Positions 10,512 to 20,274 are shown, numbered from the stretch's first letter. The stretch is DNA of 64,000 bases from an uncultured SAR86 cluster bacterium (GCA_902514645.1 CABXRO010000004.1:474-64473); one strand, 5' to 3'. Notes: generated by a model from the letters alone, not told the origin. Translations and numbers: made by a program.

Positions 10512-11957
10512 ATGATATTTGAAAATGCTCATGAGATTCTTAAAAAAATAAAACAAAAAGAAGTCTCTGCTAAAGAAGTTCTTGAATCTTTTTTAAAACA
10601 GGTGGAATCAGTAAATCCATCAATTAATGCAGTAATTGCTTTAGATGCTGAAAGAGCGCTAGAAAAAGCTAAACAAGCAGACAAAAAAACAACTTCTAAA
10701 TCACTAGGCCCTTTGCATGGCTTACCTATGACCATTAAAGATGCTTTTGAGGTAGAGGGAATTGTTTCGACTGGAGGAAATCCAGCTTGGAAGGAAAATA
10801 TTCCGAAACGAAATGCAGAGGCAGTTCAAAGATTGGTTGATGCTGGAGCAATCATTTTTGGCAAAACCAATGTGCCTTTTCTTTCTTCAGATTTGCAAAG
10901 CTTCAATAAAATTTATGGCACCACGAATAATCCTTGGGATTTAGAAAGAACTCCTGGTGGATCTTCCGGAGGCTCTGCAGCAGCTTTAGCTGCAGGCATG
11001 ACTCCCTTAGAGCTTGGTTCTGATATAGGCGGATCCATAAGAGTGCCGGCTCACTTCTGTGGTCTTTTTGGACATAAGCCAAGCTATAACATCATTTCTG
11101 AAGTTGGTCATATGCCTCCCCCGCCTGGTTCTATATTAACTGGAAATGGTTTGTCCGTAGCAGGACCACTGGCAAGATCTCCTGAAGACTTGGAAATTGC
11201 ATTAGACGTTTTAGTTGCAGCTCAGGAACAAGATAGCCCAGCTTGGAAAATTAAATTGCCTAAAGCCAGAACGAAAAATATCAAAGAACTCAAAATTGCT
11301 ATCTGGCCTGAAGAGCCATATGCCGAGGTAGATAATGAAATTGTAAATCTAATTAAAGAAACAGCAGATGATTTAAAACATGCTGGTGCTCAAGTTGAAA
11401 AAGCGAACCTCCCAATAAGCTTTAAAGAAATTGATAAAATTTATAGTCTACTTTTAAACCCTTTGATGCTTGCAGGCTCTCCTGAAGAAACCTTTGAAAC
11501 ACTTTCTAAGTTAAATGAAGGTCTAGATCCAAATGATATTTCAGAGCTTGCCAAAGTTGCGAGGGGATCAGTTTTAAAACATGCCGATTGGGTAATGGTA
11601 AATGCCATGAGGCAAAACATGCGTCAGAAGTGGAGAGAATTCTTCAAAAAATATGACGTGATTTTGTGTCCCACCTCAATTACGCCCGCTTTTAAGCACA
11701 ACCATAATCCAATTCATGAAAGAAAGCTTACTGTAAACGGTAAGGATGATGAATATCTCAGAGCAACTTTATGGGCCGGTCCTGCTGTTTCAGCTGGGTT
11801 ACCAAGTACGAATGTTCCCATAGGTATGTCTTCAGAAAATCTGCCGATTGGTATGCAAATAACAGGTCCTTATTTAGAAGATAAGACATGTATCGAAGTT
11901 GCTAAAATCGTTAAAGATTTGAGAGGTGGATTTAAAATACCACCTAGCCTTCTATAA
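10512..11957 (+). CDS. amidase (amidase-signature family)
   Basis: AS signature GGSSGGSAAALAAG ... GSDIGGSIRVPA. No signal peptide. Confidence 0.85.
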   Translation: MIFENAHEILKKIKQKEVSAKEVLESFLKQVESVNPSINAVIALDAERALEKAKQADKKTTSKSLGPLHGLPMTIKDAFEVEGIVSTGGNPAWKENIPKRNAEAVQRLVDAGAIIFGKTNVPFLSSDLQSFNKIYGTTNNPWDLERTPGGSSGGSAAALAAGMTPLELGSDIGGSIRVPAHFCGLFGHKPSYNIISEVGHMPPPPGSILTGNGLSVAGPLARSPEDLEIALDVLVAAQEQDSPAWKIKLPKARTKNIKELKIAIWPEEPYAEVDNEIVNLIKETADDLKHAGAQVEKANLPISFKEIDKIYSLLLNPLMLAGSPEETFETLSKLNEGLDPNDISELAKVARGSVLKHADWVMVNAMRQNMRQKWREFFKKYDVILCPTSITPAFKHNHNPIHERKLTVNGKDDEYLRATLWAGPAVSAGLPSTNVPIGMSSENLPIGMQITGPYLEDKTCIEVAKIVKDLRGGFKIPPSLL

Positions 11958-11972
11958 TTTCAGACACATCAA

Positions 11973-12779
11973 ATGAAGAAAATATTAGCTTTTTTTGGAA
12001 TAGGTATTGCCATCTTATTATTGGACTTAGTTTTCAACTATGATGAGGATGAGCTTAATATTTTTATCTCCGATCAAGAAATTGAAAGCTTGATATACGC
12101 TTGGGAATTACAGGTTGGCAGGTCGCCTACTAGAACTGATATCAAAAACATCATTGATGACGTAATCAAAGAAGAGATTTTATACCGAGAAGCTTTGAGA
12201 TTAAATCTTGATCTAGAAGATCGCATTATTAAAAGAAGACTTGCTCAAAAAATTTCTTTTTTAAGAGAAGAAACCTCAATTGCTCCTCCAAAACAGGATG
12301 AACTTCAGAAATTTTTTGAGAAAAATTTAGAGTCATATATTTTTCCTGAAAGATTTACTTTTACTCATCTCTACTTTTCTTCGGAAAGAAATGGCAGACA
12401 AAGATCAGAAGAGGCTTTAAAGACTATTCAAGAAAATGAGGATACTTTGCCTAAAAGCGATCCTTTCATGCTAGGGAAAAATTTTGTTGAAAAATCCAGA
12501 TTTGAGATACAAAGAGATTTTGGTAATCAATTTAGCGAGATTTTTAATGAGCCCATCTTTGATACCTGGCTTGGTCCAGTTGAATCAGCATATGGCTTCC
12601 ATGCTGTTAAGCTACTCAATAAAGTTGAAAGCGTTACTCCAAGTTTGTATCAAGTAAAAGAAAAGGTAGAAGTAGATTTTTATTTAGAAGAAAAACAAAA
12701 AACTTTAGATTCCTACTTGTTCGAATTGAGAGATAAATATCAAGTAATCATAAATCCAAAGTACATTTTTAATGACTAA
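11973..12779 (+). CDS. membrane-anchored parvulin-like peptidyl-prolyl isomerase-domain protein
   Basis: N-terminal TM segment. C-terminal WLGPVESAYGFHAVKLL pattern typical of the PpiC/rotamase_2 family. Confidence 0.55.
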   Translation: MKKILAFFGIGIAILLLDLVFNYDEDELNIFISDQEIESLIYAWELQVGRSPTRTDIKNIIDDVIKEEILYREALRLNLDLEDRIIKRRLAQKISFLREETSIAPPKQDELQKFFEKNLESYIFPERFTFTHLYFSSERNGRQRSEEALKTIQENEDTLPKSDPFMLGKNFVEKSRFEIQRDFGNQFSEIFNEPIFDTWLGPVESAYGFHAVKLLNKVESVTPSLYQVKEKVEVDFYLEEKQKTLDSYLFELRDKYQVIINPKYIFND

Positions 12780-13719
12780 AGTTTTAGTTTCTTTATTTGT
12801 TTTTTTTTCATCCGCTTTTTTTGCCCATGAATTCAATCCTGCCCATTTATTAGTAGATGAAACAAAAGAGCTTGAATACGAAGCCCTTTGGATGACGCCA
12901 ATAAAAAATCTTGGTACTTCTCCCGAGCTTACTTTTCCTGAAATTTGTGAAATCGAGAAAGACCTTCCCTTTAGGCAGGGGAAATACATCTCTGAAAAAA
13001 TAAATTTGAAATGTTCTGAATCGCTAAAAGGAAAAGCAATTCAAGTAAGTGGTCTGAGCATTCTTAATGATGCCTTGGTGACGGTAAATCATTTCAATGG
13101 AGATAGATTTGAAGGTTTGATGAATCTCAAAGCTCCAGAAATAGTCATTCCCGAAGATAAACAAGTTTATCCAACTGGTTATTTTTATTTGGGGGTGGAA
13201 CATTTGCTCGGTGGAATTGACCACATCGTATTTGTTTTGGGACTTATTTTTTTAATTTCAGGATTTATACCGTTGTTTAAGACAATAACAGCATTTACTT
13301 TGGCGCATAGTATTACCCTAGCAATTTCTGTCTTGAATATATTTAAACTTCCTTCAGCGAGTACTGAAGCTCTAATTGCATTAACAATTATTTATTTGGC
13401 ATACGAATTAACTAAGGCAGAGTCTGAAGTAAAAAGACCATGGTTGATGGCTTTTGGCTTTGGCCTCTTACATGGATTTGGTTTTGCTGGAGCATTATCT
13501 GAGATCGGAATAGCAAATGATCAACTTTTCCTATCTTTATTATTCTTCAACATAGGCATTGAGATTGGTCAGCTTATGATTATTCCTGTTGTGGGAATTA
13601 TTATTTTCTTGCTTAATAAAGTTGATCTTAAAAACCTATTTCGAAGTCTTGTAACCTATGGAATTGGCGGAATGGGTTGTTTTTGGTTTATGACAAGAAT
13701 TTGGGGTATTGTGGCCTAA
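12772..13719 (+). CDS. HupE/UreJ_2-family membrane protein with N-terminal periplasmic domain
   Basis: Signal peptide. Family-typical HLLGGIDHIVFVLGLIF and FGLLHGFGFAGAL motifs. 8-nt overlap with the upstream gene. Confidence 0.7.
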   Translation: MTKVLVSLFVFFSSAFFAHEFNPAHLLVDETKELEYEALWMTPIKNLGTSPELTFPEICEIEKDLPFRQGKYISEKINLKCSESLKGKAIQVSGLSILNDALVTVNHFNGDRFEGLMNLKAPEIVIPEDKQVYPTGYFYLGVEHLLGGIDHIVFVLGLIFLISGFIPLFKTITAFTLAHSITLAISVLNIFKLPSASTEALIALTIIYLAYELTKAESEVKRPWLMAFGFGLLHGFGFAGALSEIGIANDQLFLSLLFFNIGIEIGQLMIIPVVGIIIFLLNKVDLKNLFRSLVTYGIGGMGCFWFMTRIWGIVA

Positions 13720-14297
13720 TGAACCCTACGTTTAATGCGCCTCTAGTTTTGCTGATGCAAAACTTTTTTACAATTTCTTTTTTTATTTTTTTAGGAATTT
13801 GTATTTATCTTTATCGAGCTAAGAGTAAGTATCTGCTTGCCCTTTTGCCTTTGTTAGCACTTTCTGCTCATCAGTTTGAAGAATACGTTTTATCCCCTCT
13901 TTTATTTGGTGATTACTACCATTTTTTAAATTGGGCGTATAGAAATGCAATGAATATTTCACCAATGGAAGTTACTTTGCTAAACCTAACTCCTTATGTA
14001 ATTCTCTTGCCAGCTTTGATCATATCTAGAGCGAGATCTAAAACAATATTTGGAATATTTTTTCTTTTCAATAATGCTCTTACAATGGCAAACGCAAGCT
14101 TTCATATTGGTATTTCAACAGCACAAAATATTTTTAGTCCAGGAATGGTAAGTTCCTTGTTCTTCTACATTCCGCTCTTTATCTATGCCATTTTATTTAA
14201 TAAAGAAAACGGGCTTTCCAACAAGCCCATTATTGCAATAAGTCTCTATGGATTCATAGGGCACTATTTACTAATCTGGTTGGTAAATATTTTTTAA
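13719..14297 (+). CDS. HXXEE-domain integral membrane protein
   Basis: HQFEEY motif and multiple TM helices. I prefer ATG 13719 (TAATG overlap with the HupE stop) over the tracked TTG at 13677. Confidence 0.55.
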   Translation: MNPTFNAPLVLLMQNFFTISFFIFLGICIYLYRAKSKYLLALLPLLALSAHQFEEYVLSPLLFGDYYHFLNWAYRNAMNISPMEVTLLNLTPYVILLPALIISRARSKTIFGIFFLFNNALTMANASFHIGISTAQNIFSPGMVSSLFFYIPLFIYAILFNKENGLSNKPIIAISLYGFIGHYLLIWLVNIF

Positions 14298-15332
14298 CTA
14301 ATCACTACAAAAAGCTGCAATACTTCTTGCTGTTTCTAAACTAACTTCTGGACAAGAAAGCACCATGGTATCTGTCCCATGAATAGTTCCTGAAAGTACC
14401 CTGCATTGGGCTTCAACATTCGCTCTTCTAAGCAATCTATAAAAATTTATGCCTTCATCTCTTAAAGGGTCACACTCATTTACGCTAATAAAAGTTTTGG
14501 GTAAGTCTTTTACATCTTCCTCTTTTGCAAAACCTGGCCAAGCTAATGGATTTCGCTTTTCCCATTCTTCAATACCATAAACAACAGCGCCATGATCATT
14601 GTGTAAGTCAAGCATTATGCCGTTATTTTCTGTAGAAGAAGGATTTTCCGGTAATGGCCAAATTCCTGCTATGTAAGGACATAAGGCATATAGACCTTTA
14701 ACTTCATTGGACCTGCCTTGTTGAGATAATTTCATCCCCGTTGCAAGAGTTAAGTTTCCTCCACCACTTTCTCCTGAAATAACAATTCTTTCCGAATCAA
14801 TATTAAGTTTTTTTGCATTGGTTTTGATGTAATCAAAACCAGAAATACAATCATTTAGGCCTGCTGGAAAAGGAGCCACTTCAGGTGCCGAAGATGGCAC
14901 TCTGGCGTTTCTAAAATCTACCATAATTACTGAAACATTCTGGTGAGCTATCAGCCTACCAAAGGCTTGATACAACTTATAAAAACAAGAACCGATCTCC
15001 ATACCGCCTCCATGAATGTAATAAACACAAGGGAGAATATCCTCGTTGTCAGGACGAATATTTAGAAGTTTTATTTTATTGCCGTCTGGTTGCGAATCGA
15101 CCTCAATAGTTTCGTTTTTGAGCCCATTAGATGAAATTACTTCATCTAGGGCAGGATCATTAAAAATAGCTTCATACATCATGAGTTCTATTTTTCCTTC
15201 TTCAGTATCAACCTTAGCAAGCATTTCTTCCCTAGAAGTGCTTTCAACCAATACCTCAGGAAAGTTTATATCTTTCCATTGTTCTTTGATTCTTGGATCT
15301 ATTCTTGGATCTTCTGTGATTTTATTAGTCAT
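14298..15332 (-). CDS. alpha/beta-hydrolase, hormone-sensitive-lipase-type esterase
   Basis: HGGG oxyanion motif (YYIHGGGMEIG) and nucleophile elbow GESGGG. Confidence 0.8.
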   Translation of the reverse strand: MTNKITEDPRIDPRIKEQWKDINFPEVLVESTSREEMLAKVDTEEGKIELMMYEAIFNDPALDEVISSNGLKNETIEVDSQPDGNKIKLLNIRPDNEDILPCVYYIHGGGMEIGSCFYKLYQAFGRLIAHQNVSVIMVDFRNARVPSSAPEVAPFPAGLNDCISGFDYIKTNAKKLNIDSERIVISGESGGGNLTLATGMKLSQQGRSNEVKGLYALCPYIAGIWPLPENPSSTENNGIMLDLHNDHGAVVYGIEEWEKRNPLAWPGFAKEEDVKDLPKTFISVNECDPLRDEGINFYRLLRRANVEAQCRVLSGTIHGTDTMVLSCPEVSLETARSIAAFCSD

Positions 15333-15436
15333 TATAATTTTCTCCCTCTTTAAAATTCATTATAGATCTTAACTTTAAAAGTTATTAGTTTTCAAAAACT
15401 TTTAAAAAAAGTATTGCTCGTGTTTAATAATAACCT

Positions 15437-16603
15437 ATGAGGGTTTTAGTTTTAGGAGGAAGTGGTGGAATGGGAAGATTCACTTCAAGAGCGATAAGTT
15501 CTATTGAAGGTATAAGTCTAATTACTATTGCTGATTTAAATGCAAAAGCAGTTAAAGAATTTGCTACCTCTTTTAAAAACAACAAAATAACTGGCGTTGG
15601 TCTGGATGTACTAGATAGAGAAATGTTGAAAAATGTCTTAGCTGGCCATGATGTAGTTCTTAACCTTACCGGACCATTCTTTAAATTTGCTTATCCAATT
15701 TTAAAAGCTGCTTTAGAAGAAAATTGCCACTACTTAGACATTTGCGATGATTGGGAACCTACAGAGAAAATGTTTACCTTGAACCAGTTAGCTAGAGAAA
15801 AAAATAAAACGGCAATTATTGGTCTTGGTGCAAGTCCTGGAATAACAAATTTTCTTGCTTTAAGAGCAATGTCTGAATTAGATGAAATTGAAAAAGTTTT
15901 TACCGGATGGGATATTTCATCGGCACAACCAGAAGAAGAAAGCTCTCAGTCAGACGTCAATGCGGCTATGCTTCATGGCATTGAACAGATGGTTGGTAAG
16001 GTTAAAGTATTTACTAATAATGAATTTAAAATGGTCAGACCTTTAAAAAGAGTTGAAATCAAATATCCGGAACTAGGAGATTTCAGAGCCAGTATATTTG
16101 GTCACCCAGAGGCTGTAACTTTTCCGCATCATTATCCTGAAATTTCAGAAAGCTTGAATTTGATGCATGGCGAAGATACGAGTTTTAGATTTATTTTCAA
16201 ACTGCTGAGGTTCTTTATAGAGATCAAACTTTTGCCAAAAAAAACTGCCGCAAGAATTTTAGAATGGCTTGAAAAGAGAGATTCAAGTTCTCCCAAAGAC
16301 GTAGTGAGCTCTCTTCCAGGAGTTTATGGCTTGGCTCAGGGTTTGAAAAATGGCGTAGAAACTAGTGTTGCTGTTTCGTTGGATGAGACAAACGATACAC
16401 TTGAAAAAATGTCTATGGGAGAAGCAACTGGATACCCCCTTGCATGTGGGCTAAAAATGTTAATAAATGGAAAGTTAAGTAAATCGGGAGTTCTAGCGCC
16501 TGAAGCATGTGGCATTAATCCAGAACATTTTTTTCAAGAATTGAGTATCTTTTTTGGCCAAAAAGATCTATTAAAAACTATTGTTACCAAAAAGAGTTTA
16601 TAG
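15437..16603 (+). CDS. saccharopine dehydrogenase-like NAD(P)-binding protein
   Basis: N-terminal Rossmann VLVLGGSGGMGR. Length and pattern fit the Sacchrp_dh family. Confidence 0.65.
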   Translation: MRVLVLGGSGGMGRFTSRAISSIEGISLITIADLNAKAVKEFATSFKNNKITGVGLDVLDREMLKNVLAGHDVVLNLTGPFFKFAYPILKAALEENCHYLDICDDWEPTEKMFTLNQLAREKNKTAIIGLGASPGITNFLALRAMSELDEIEKVFTGWDISSAQPEEESSQSDVNAAMLHGIEQMVGKVKVFTNNEFKMVRPLKRVEIKYPELGDFRASIFGHPEAVTFPHHYPEISESLNLMHGEDTSFRFIFKLLRFFIEIKLLPKKTAARILEWLEKRDSSSPKDVVSSLPGVYGLAQGLKNGVETSVAVSLDETNDTLEKMSMGEATGYPLACGLKMLINGKLSKSGVLAPEACGINPEHFFQELSIFFGQKDLLKTIVTKKSL

Positions 16604-16608
16604 CTATT

Positions 16609-17046
16609 TTAAAGCCAGCGTCTTACTTTGCCTTTATATAATAAATACTCCTCGCCGAATGTTTCCTCCATCTGAACTTCCTCTTTAATTACAAATAGAT
16701 TTCTTACAATAAAGAAAAAAATAATCAGAAAGACTAAATTAATCGGATTATTTAAGATAATTAACAAGCCCAGTAAAAAAAAATTCATACCCAAATACAT
16801 TGGATTTCTGGTGTATTTATAGAAACCCTCAGTAATTAAACTTGTGGACTCGCTAAAAGGAACAACTCCAGTTTTTGCTCTTAAAAATCTTGAAATTGAA
16901 TTGAAAGCTAATAAAAAACCTAATCCGATTAAACTTAGTCCTACTAATATTAGAGGAAAAGTCTGTAATGACGCTTCACTAAAAAGCCAAGTAGAAAACA
17001 TACATAAAGAAAGGGCTAACAAGTAATGAGGTGGGTAAAATTTCAT
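16609..17046 (-). CDS. ICMT/PEMT-family membrane methyltransferase
   Basis: 145 aa, 4 TM. Motif GFYKYTRNPMYLG ... EE..L...FGEEY. Confidence 0.7.
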   Translation of the reverse strand: MKFYPPHYLLALSLCMFSTWLFSEASLQTFPLILVGLSLIGLGFLLAFNSISRFLRAKTGVVPFSESTSLITEGFYKYTRNPMYLGMNFFLLGLLIILNNPINLVFLIIFFFIVRNLFVIKEEVQMEETFGEEYLLYKGKVRRWL

Positions 17047-17240
17047 CTTAACATTGTAATATTTATAGAATAAAAATCACTACCCACTTTCAATGCAAAG
17101 TTAATTTTGACTTAATAGGCTTCTTTTATGGACGATCCAACTTTTCTAGCAAACGTATTTTTCTTTACGTTCTCATCTGTGTGGTTTATCTTTGTAGCCG
17201 TCGGAAGTCATATTTTCCGAAGGTATTACAAAGATAAAGA

Positions 17241-18131
17241 ATGAAAAACGCCCTTTTAGTTGATCTAGGCGGTACAAACGTCAGACATGCATTTTTCACA
17301 AAAAATAAATTATCCAGTATTATTAAAAAAAAAATCTCTGACGAAGATTTCATACCGTATCTCTTAAAATTAACAGAAGAAAAGGGAAATATTGATTATC
17401 TTGTTATAGCTGCTGCTGGACCTAAGGAAAAAAAATCAATAAAACTAACTAATAGAAAGCTTATCGTCGATGCTACTGAATTGGAAAATAAGCTTAAATT
17501 AAAAAAATGCTTTCTATTAAATGACTGGGAGGCAGTAGCTCATTCTTTAAATCAATTAAAACCAAAATCTTTAATGACCATTAAAGAAGGAACTCCTTCT
17601 AATAAAAATATTTTATTGATAGGGCCTGGGACTGGTCTTGGAGTTACATTGATAATCAACAATCAGGTTATTTCAACTGAATTCGGCAATGTCTTAAGTT
17701 CGACAGCTGGGATGTTAAAAAACTTTGAGTTGAATAGCAGTAAAAAATTTTCTTCTCTTGAAAGTATTCTGAGCGGTCCAGGTATTGAGCTACTTTATGA
17801 AGAGAAATTTCAAAAAAAACTTTCTTCGGTAGAAATAATTAATTTAGCTTTAAACGGAAGTGAAAATGAATTCTATATCTTAGATAATTTTCTGAAAACT
17901 CTAATTTCTATCATTGATGATCTAGTTTTAACATTTTCAATTGAGAAAGTAATTCTAGGAGGAGCCATCTTGAATTCTCTAGAGCCGATGCTGGGCTCAG
18001 TACATAAGTATTTTAGCTCTGGAATGAATCCTAAATATTCTCACTTAATAGAAAAAGTCCAAGTCATCCTCTTAAAAGAGGATGAGCCTGGAATTTATGG
18101 TTGCTTAGAGCTTTTAAAGAATGTTGATTAA
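17241..18131 (+). CDS. glk: glucokinase
   Basis: LVDLGGTNVRHA phosphate-1 motif and GPGTGLGV. 296 aa, which is somewhat short and very AT/Lys-rich. Confidence 0.7.
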   Translation: MKNALLVDLGGTNVRHAFFTKNKLSSIIKKKISDEDFIPYLLKLTEEKGNIDYLVIAAAGPKEKKSIKLTNRKLIVDATELENKLKLKKCFLLNDWEAVAHSLNQLKPKSLMTIKEGTPSNKNILLIGPGTGLGVTLIINNQVISTEFGNVLSSTAGMLKNFELNSSKKFSSLESILSGPGIELLYEEKFQKKLSSVEIINLALNGSENEFYILDNFLKTLISIIDDLVLTFSIEKVILGGAILNSLEPMLGSVHKYFSSGMNPKYSHLIEKVQVILLKEDEPGIYGCLELLKNVD

Positions 18132-18135
18132 ATTT

Positions 18136-18948
18136 TCAACTCATTGGCACTTCTGCTGAATTGTAATATCTAGGTTCAAGACAATCTGAAACCATATTCC
18201 AATTATCCTCAACTTCTGGATTTAAGTTTTGCCACTCTGCATCGAAAGCTTGCCTTGCCTGTTCAGATTGATAAAAGTTTCCCCAAAAAAAATCTACTTC
18301 ATCTGTTTCATAGTCAGGGCCCAAAATTACATAACTGAAAGGGCCAGGAAGTGATTGAGCGCTGTCCAGAAAGGTCTCAAGTTGATTTATCACCTCTCGA
18401 AGATCTTCACCTTCTTTTCCATCTTTGTATAAGCATTGAATGTATTCAGAAACAAAATTCTCGGCTTCAAATTCACCAAAAGTATCATTTGACCTGGCAA
18501 TGTAGGCATCAAAAGAAAATCTATTTTCGCCATCGCAAGATAGGATTTCAGCTGTATCTTCAGTCCAAGCAGTTACATTTTCGTTTGTATTCCAGATTTC
18601 CCAAGCAGCCTCAGCCTCAGCTTTTGTATTCCAAATTAATTGCCAAAAACCATCTTCTTGATCTTCAGCCAATCTTTCGAAATGCTGAATACCATAAGCA
18701 GATACTAAAGGTGAGTTCACTTCTACTAGTAGATCTTGCCAATCTGGCAAGACTTCATTTCTAAAGTTTTCTGCTGTGTAATAAACCCCCTCCTGACAAG
18801 GAACATACTCCATATAAAACATTTGAGGATAATCTTCTGAACCAAGATTTGAAAATGAAACTTCCATTTCACCTTCAGAAGAACTGCAGGCAAAGAAAAC
18901 AAGAAGAACTGATAAAGATAAATAAATTATTTTCATATTATTCAACAA
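18136..18948 (-). CDS. exported acidic Trp-rich protein (probable lipoprotein) with an internal duplication, function unknown
   Basis: Signal peptide ending FFAC. Two roughly 110-aa repeats, each opening xEY(V/I)xC and ending in a Cys. No family recognised. Confidence 0.55.
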   Translation of the reverse strand: MLNNMKIIYLSLSVLLVFFACSSSEGEMEVSFSNLGSEDYPQMFYMEYVPCQEGVYYTAENFRNEVLPDWQDLLVEVNSPLVSAYGIQHFERLAEDQEDGFWQLIWNTKAEAEAAWEIWNTNENVTAWTEDTAEILSCDGENRFSFDAYIARSNDTFGEFEAENFVSEYIQCLYKDGKEGEDLREVINQLETFLDSAQSLPGPFSYVILGPDYETDEVDFFWGNFYQSEQARQAFDAEWQNLNPEVEDNWNMVSDCLEPRYYNSAEVPMS

Positions 18949-19675
18949 AGTCCTGAAGAGTCATGGCAGAGTCATAGACTCTAATGTTTCTAACTATTTC
19001 GCGCTCATGCCACTCAACTAATTTATCCATCTCTTTATCGAATGGAGAAACTCCGGCGTCTCTAGGAGCTGAGTCTTCCCATTGTTCCATTTCGGTTAAC
19101 GACTCAAAACCTACGGTGTACAAGTGAGTTTGCATACCGCCTCCTGCCATTCTTTCCGAAAGGCCAAATTGTCCTGGAAAGGAGCCTTCAATGGCTTTAT
19201 CTAAATCTTCAGTGGCATCTATGATCGCTTCTACATTAGATTGTTTGGTTCTGAATGGATAGATTGCCCAAACAGTATCTTTATTTGTTGGTGTTCCATA
19301 AGTTTGAATAAATGTATTAATTCGAGTCCCCATTCCATCCGAGTTAGCATTTATTACTGAGCTAAACTTTCTAAATTCCTCATTATTTGGATCGCTAACT
19401 TTTGCCATCCAAATTTCATGTTCTGCTAGGCTTGGTTGAAGAATCACAAAAGAATGAGTTTCTTCAATTTTTCCTCCGGCTATGATGGAGTTTAAATGCA
19501 AAGATCCTTTAAAATTATTTTTAACAAAATCAGATGCCATGAACTTATCTGTAGCAGCTACAATTTTTAAAGCATTTTGCGGATTATCAACTTTTATCAA
19601 AAATTCAATCCAAGTTGGGGAAGTAAAACTTGCAGAAGAAGTTAGTACTATAAGTAATATAATTATTTTTTTCAT
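18938..19675 (-). CDS. exported protein of unknown function (paralogue of 23326..24039)
   Basis: Signal peptide MKKIIILLIVLTSSASF. Shares the motifs V.NP...DKF, TH..IL and AGG..THxY with the other copy. 11-nt overlap with the downstream gene. Confidence 0.6.
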   Translation of the reverse strand: MKKIIILLIVLTSSASFTSPTWIEFLIKVDNPQNALKIVAATDKFMASDFVKNNFKGSLHLNSIIAGGKIEETHSFVILQPSLAEHEIWMAKVSDPNNEEFRKFSSVINANSDGMGTRINTFIQTYGTPTNKDTVWAIYPFRTKQSNVEAIIDATEDLDKAIEGSFPGQFGLSERMAGGGMQTHLYTVGFESLTEMEQWEDSAPRDAGVSPFDKEMDKLVEWHEREIVRNIRVYDSAMTLQDFVE

Positions 19676-19728
19676 TTTCTCTCCTTAAAAAATTTCTCTG
19701 ATTATCTTAACAAAGTTATAATTAATTT

Positions 19729-20244
19729 GTGTTAGCTAGACTGGTTATTATATTACTGCTTACATCTTGTGCTTCTGGGTTTGTAATCAGAGTGGATTCA
19801 GACGAATCCTTTTCTGCAGCTAAATACAAAAACTTCCAAATTTTCAAACCTGATCCATTTAAAGTTGGGTCTGATGAAGAAGAAAACCCTATCAGAATAA
19901 ATAGAGTTGCCAAAGCCTTAACTTCGTCTCTTGCGCAGCTTGGTTTGCATCAAAGTGATAAATCATCTTTAAAAATTAGCTTTTCGGTGAAAGAGAAAGA
20001 GCGGTTTAAGCAAATAAATTCATCACACTTCTTTTATGGCTTTAGAAATGATCCTTTCTCATACCGTTTTTACGCGAATGATCACCCCCCTATTAATTAT
20101 TTATCTGTAAAGTTTTTTGACCAAGAATTGGACAAGGTGGTTTGGTATGCGAATATGCGAATAAACATAACATCCCTTGATACTCAAGAATTGGCTGATG
20201 AAATAGTTACTCAAATTTTATCAAGGTATCCAGAAAGCTCCTAA
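19729..20244 (+). CDS. DUF4136-like lipoprotein
   Basis: GTG start. Lipobox LLTSC. C-terminal pattern LSVKFFDQELDKVVWYANM ... IVTQILSRYP resembles DUF4136. Confidence 0.55.
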   Translation: MLARLVIILLLTSCASGFVIRVDSDESFSAAKYKNFQIFKPDPFKVGSDEEENPIRINRVAKALTSSLAQLGLHQSDKSSLKISFSVKEKERFKQINSSHFFYGFRNDPFSYRFYANDHPPINYLSVKFFDQELDKVVWYANMRINITSLDTQELADEIVTQILSRYPESS

Positions 20245-20255
20245 CTGCGTCTTTG

Positions 20256-20274
20256 TAGTGCATTTATTGCACTA
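20256..20274. promoter_or_regulatory. perfect inverted repeat TAGTGCA-N5-TGCACTA upstream of amtB
   Basis: 7-bp arms and a 5-nt spacer, 66 nt upstream of the amtB ATG. No T-run follows, so an operator is more likely than a terminator. Confidence 0.3.

Noticed and set aside
13677-13718. TTG-initiated 14-codon extension of the HXXEE gene overlapping the end of HupE
   Set aside because: ATG 13719 forms the common TAATG stop-start junction, and the hydrophobic protein begins sensibly there. The extension adds no features.
17325-17334. A10 homopolymer inside glk as a possible slippage or phase-variation site
   Set aside because: It encodes in-frame Lys-Lys-Lys in an intact ORF. A-runs are frequent throughout this AT-rich sequence, and there is no evidence of a frameshift.
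20251-20274. Possible sigma54 (-24/-12) promoter or NtrC site upstream of amtB
   Set aside because: The best alignment gives AG-N10-GC rather than the near-invariant GG-N10-GC. The half-site orientation differs from the NtrC consensus. I kept it only as a generic inverted repeat.
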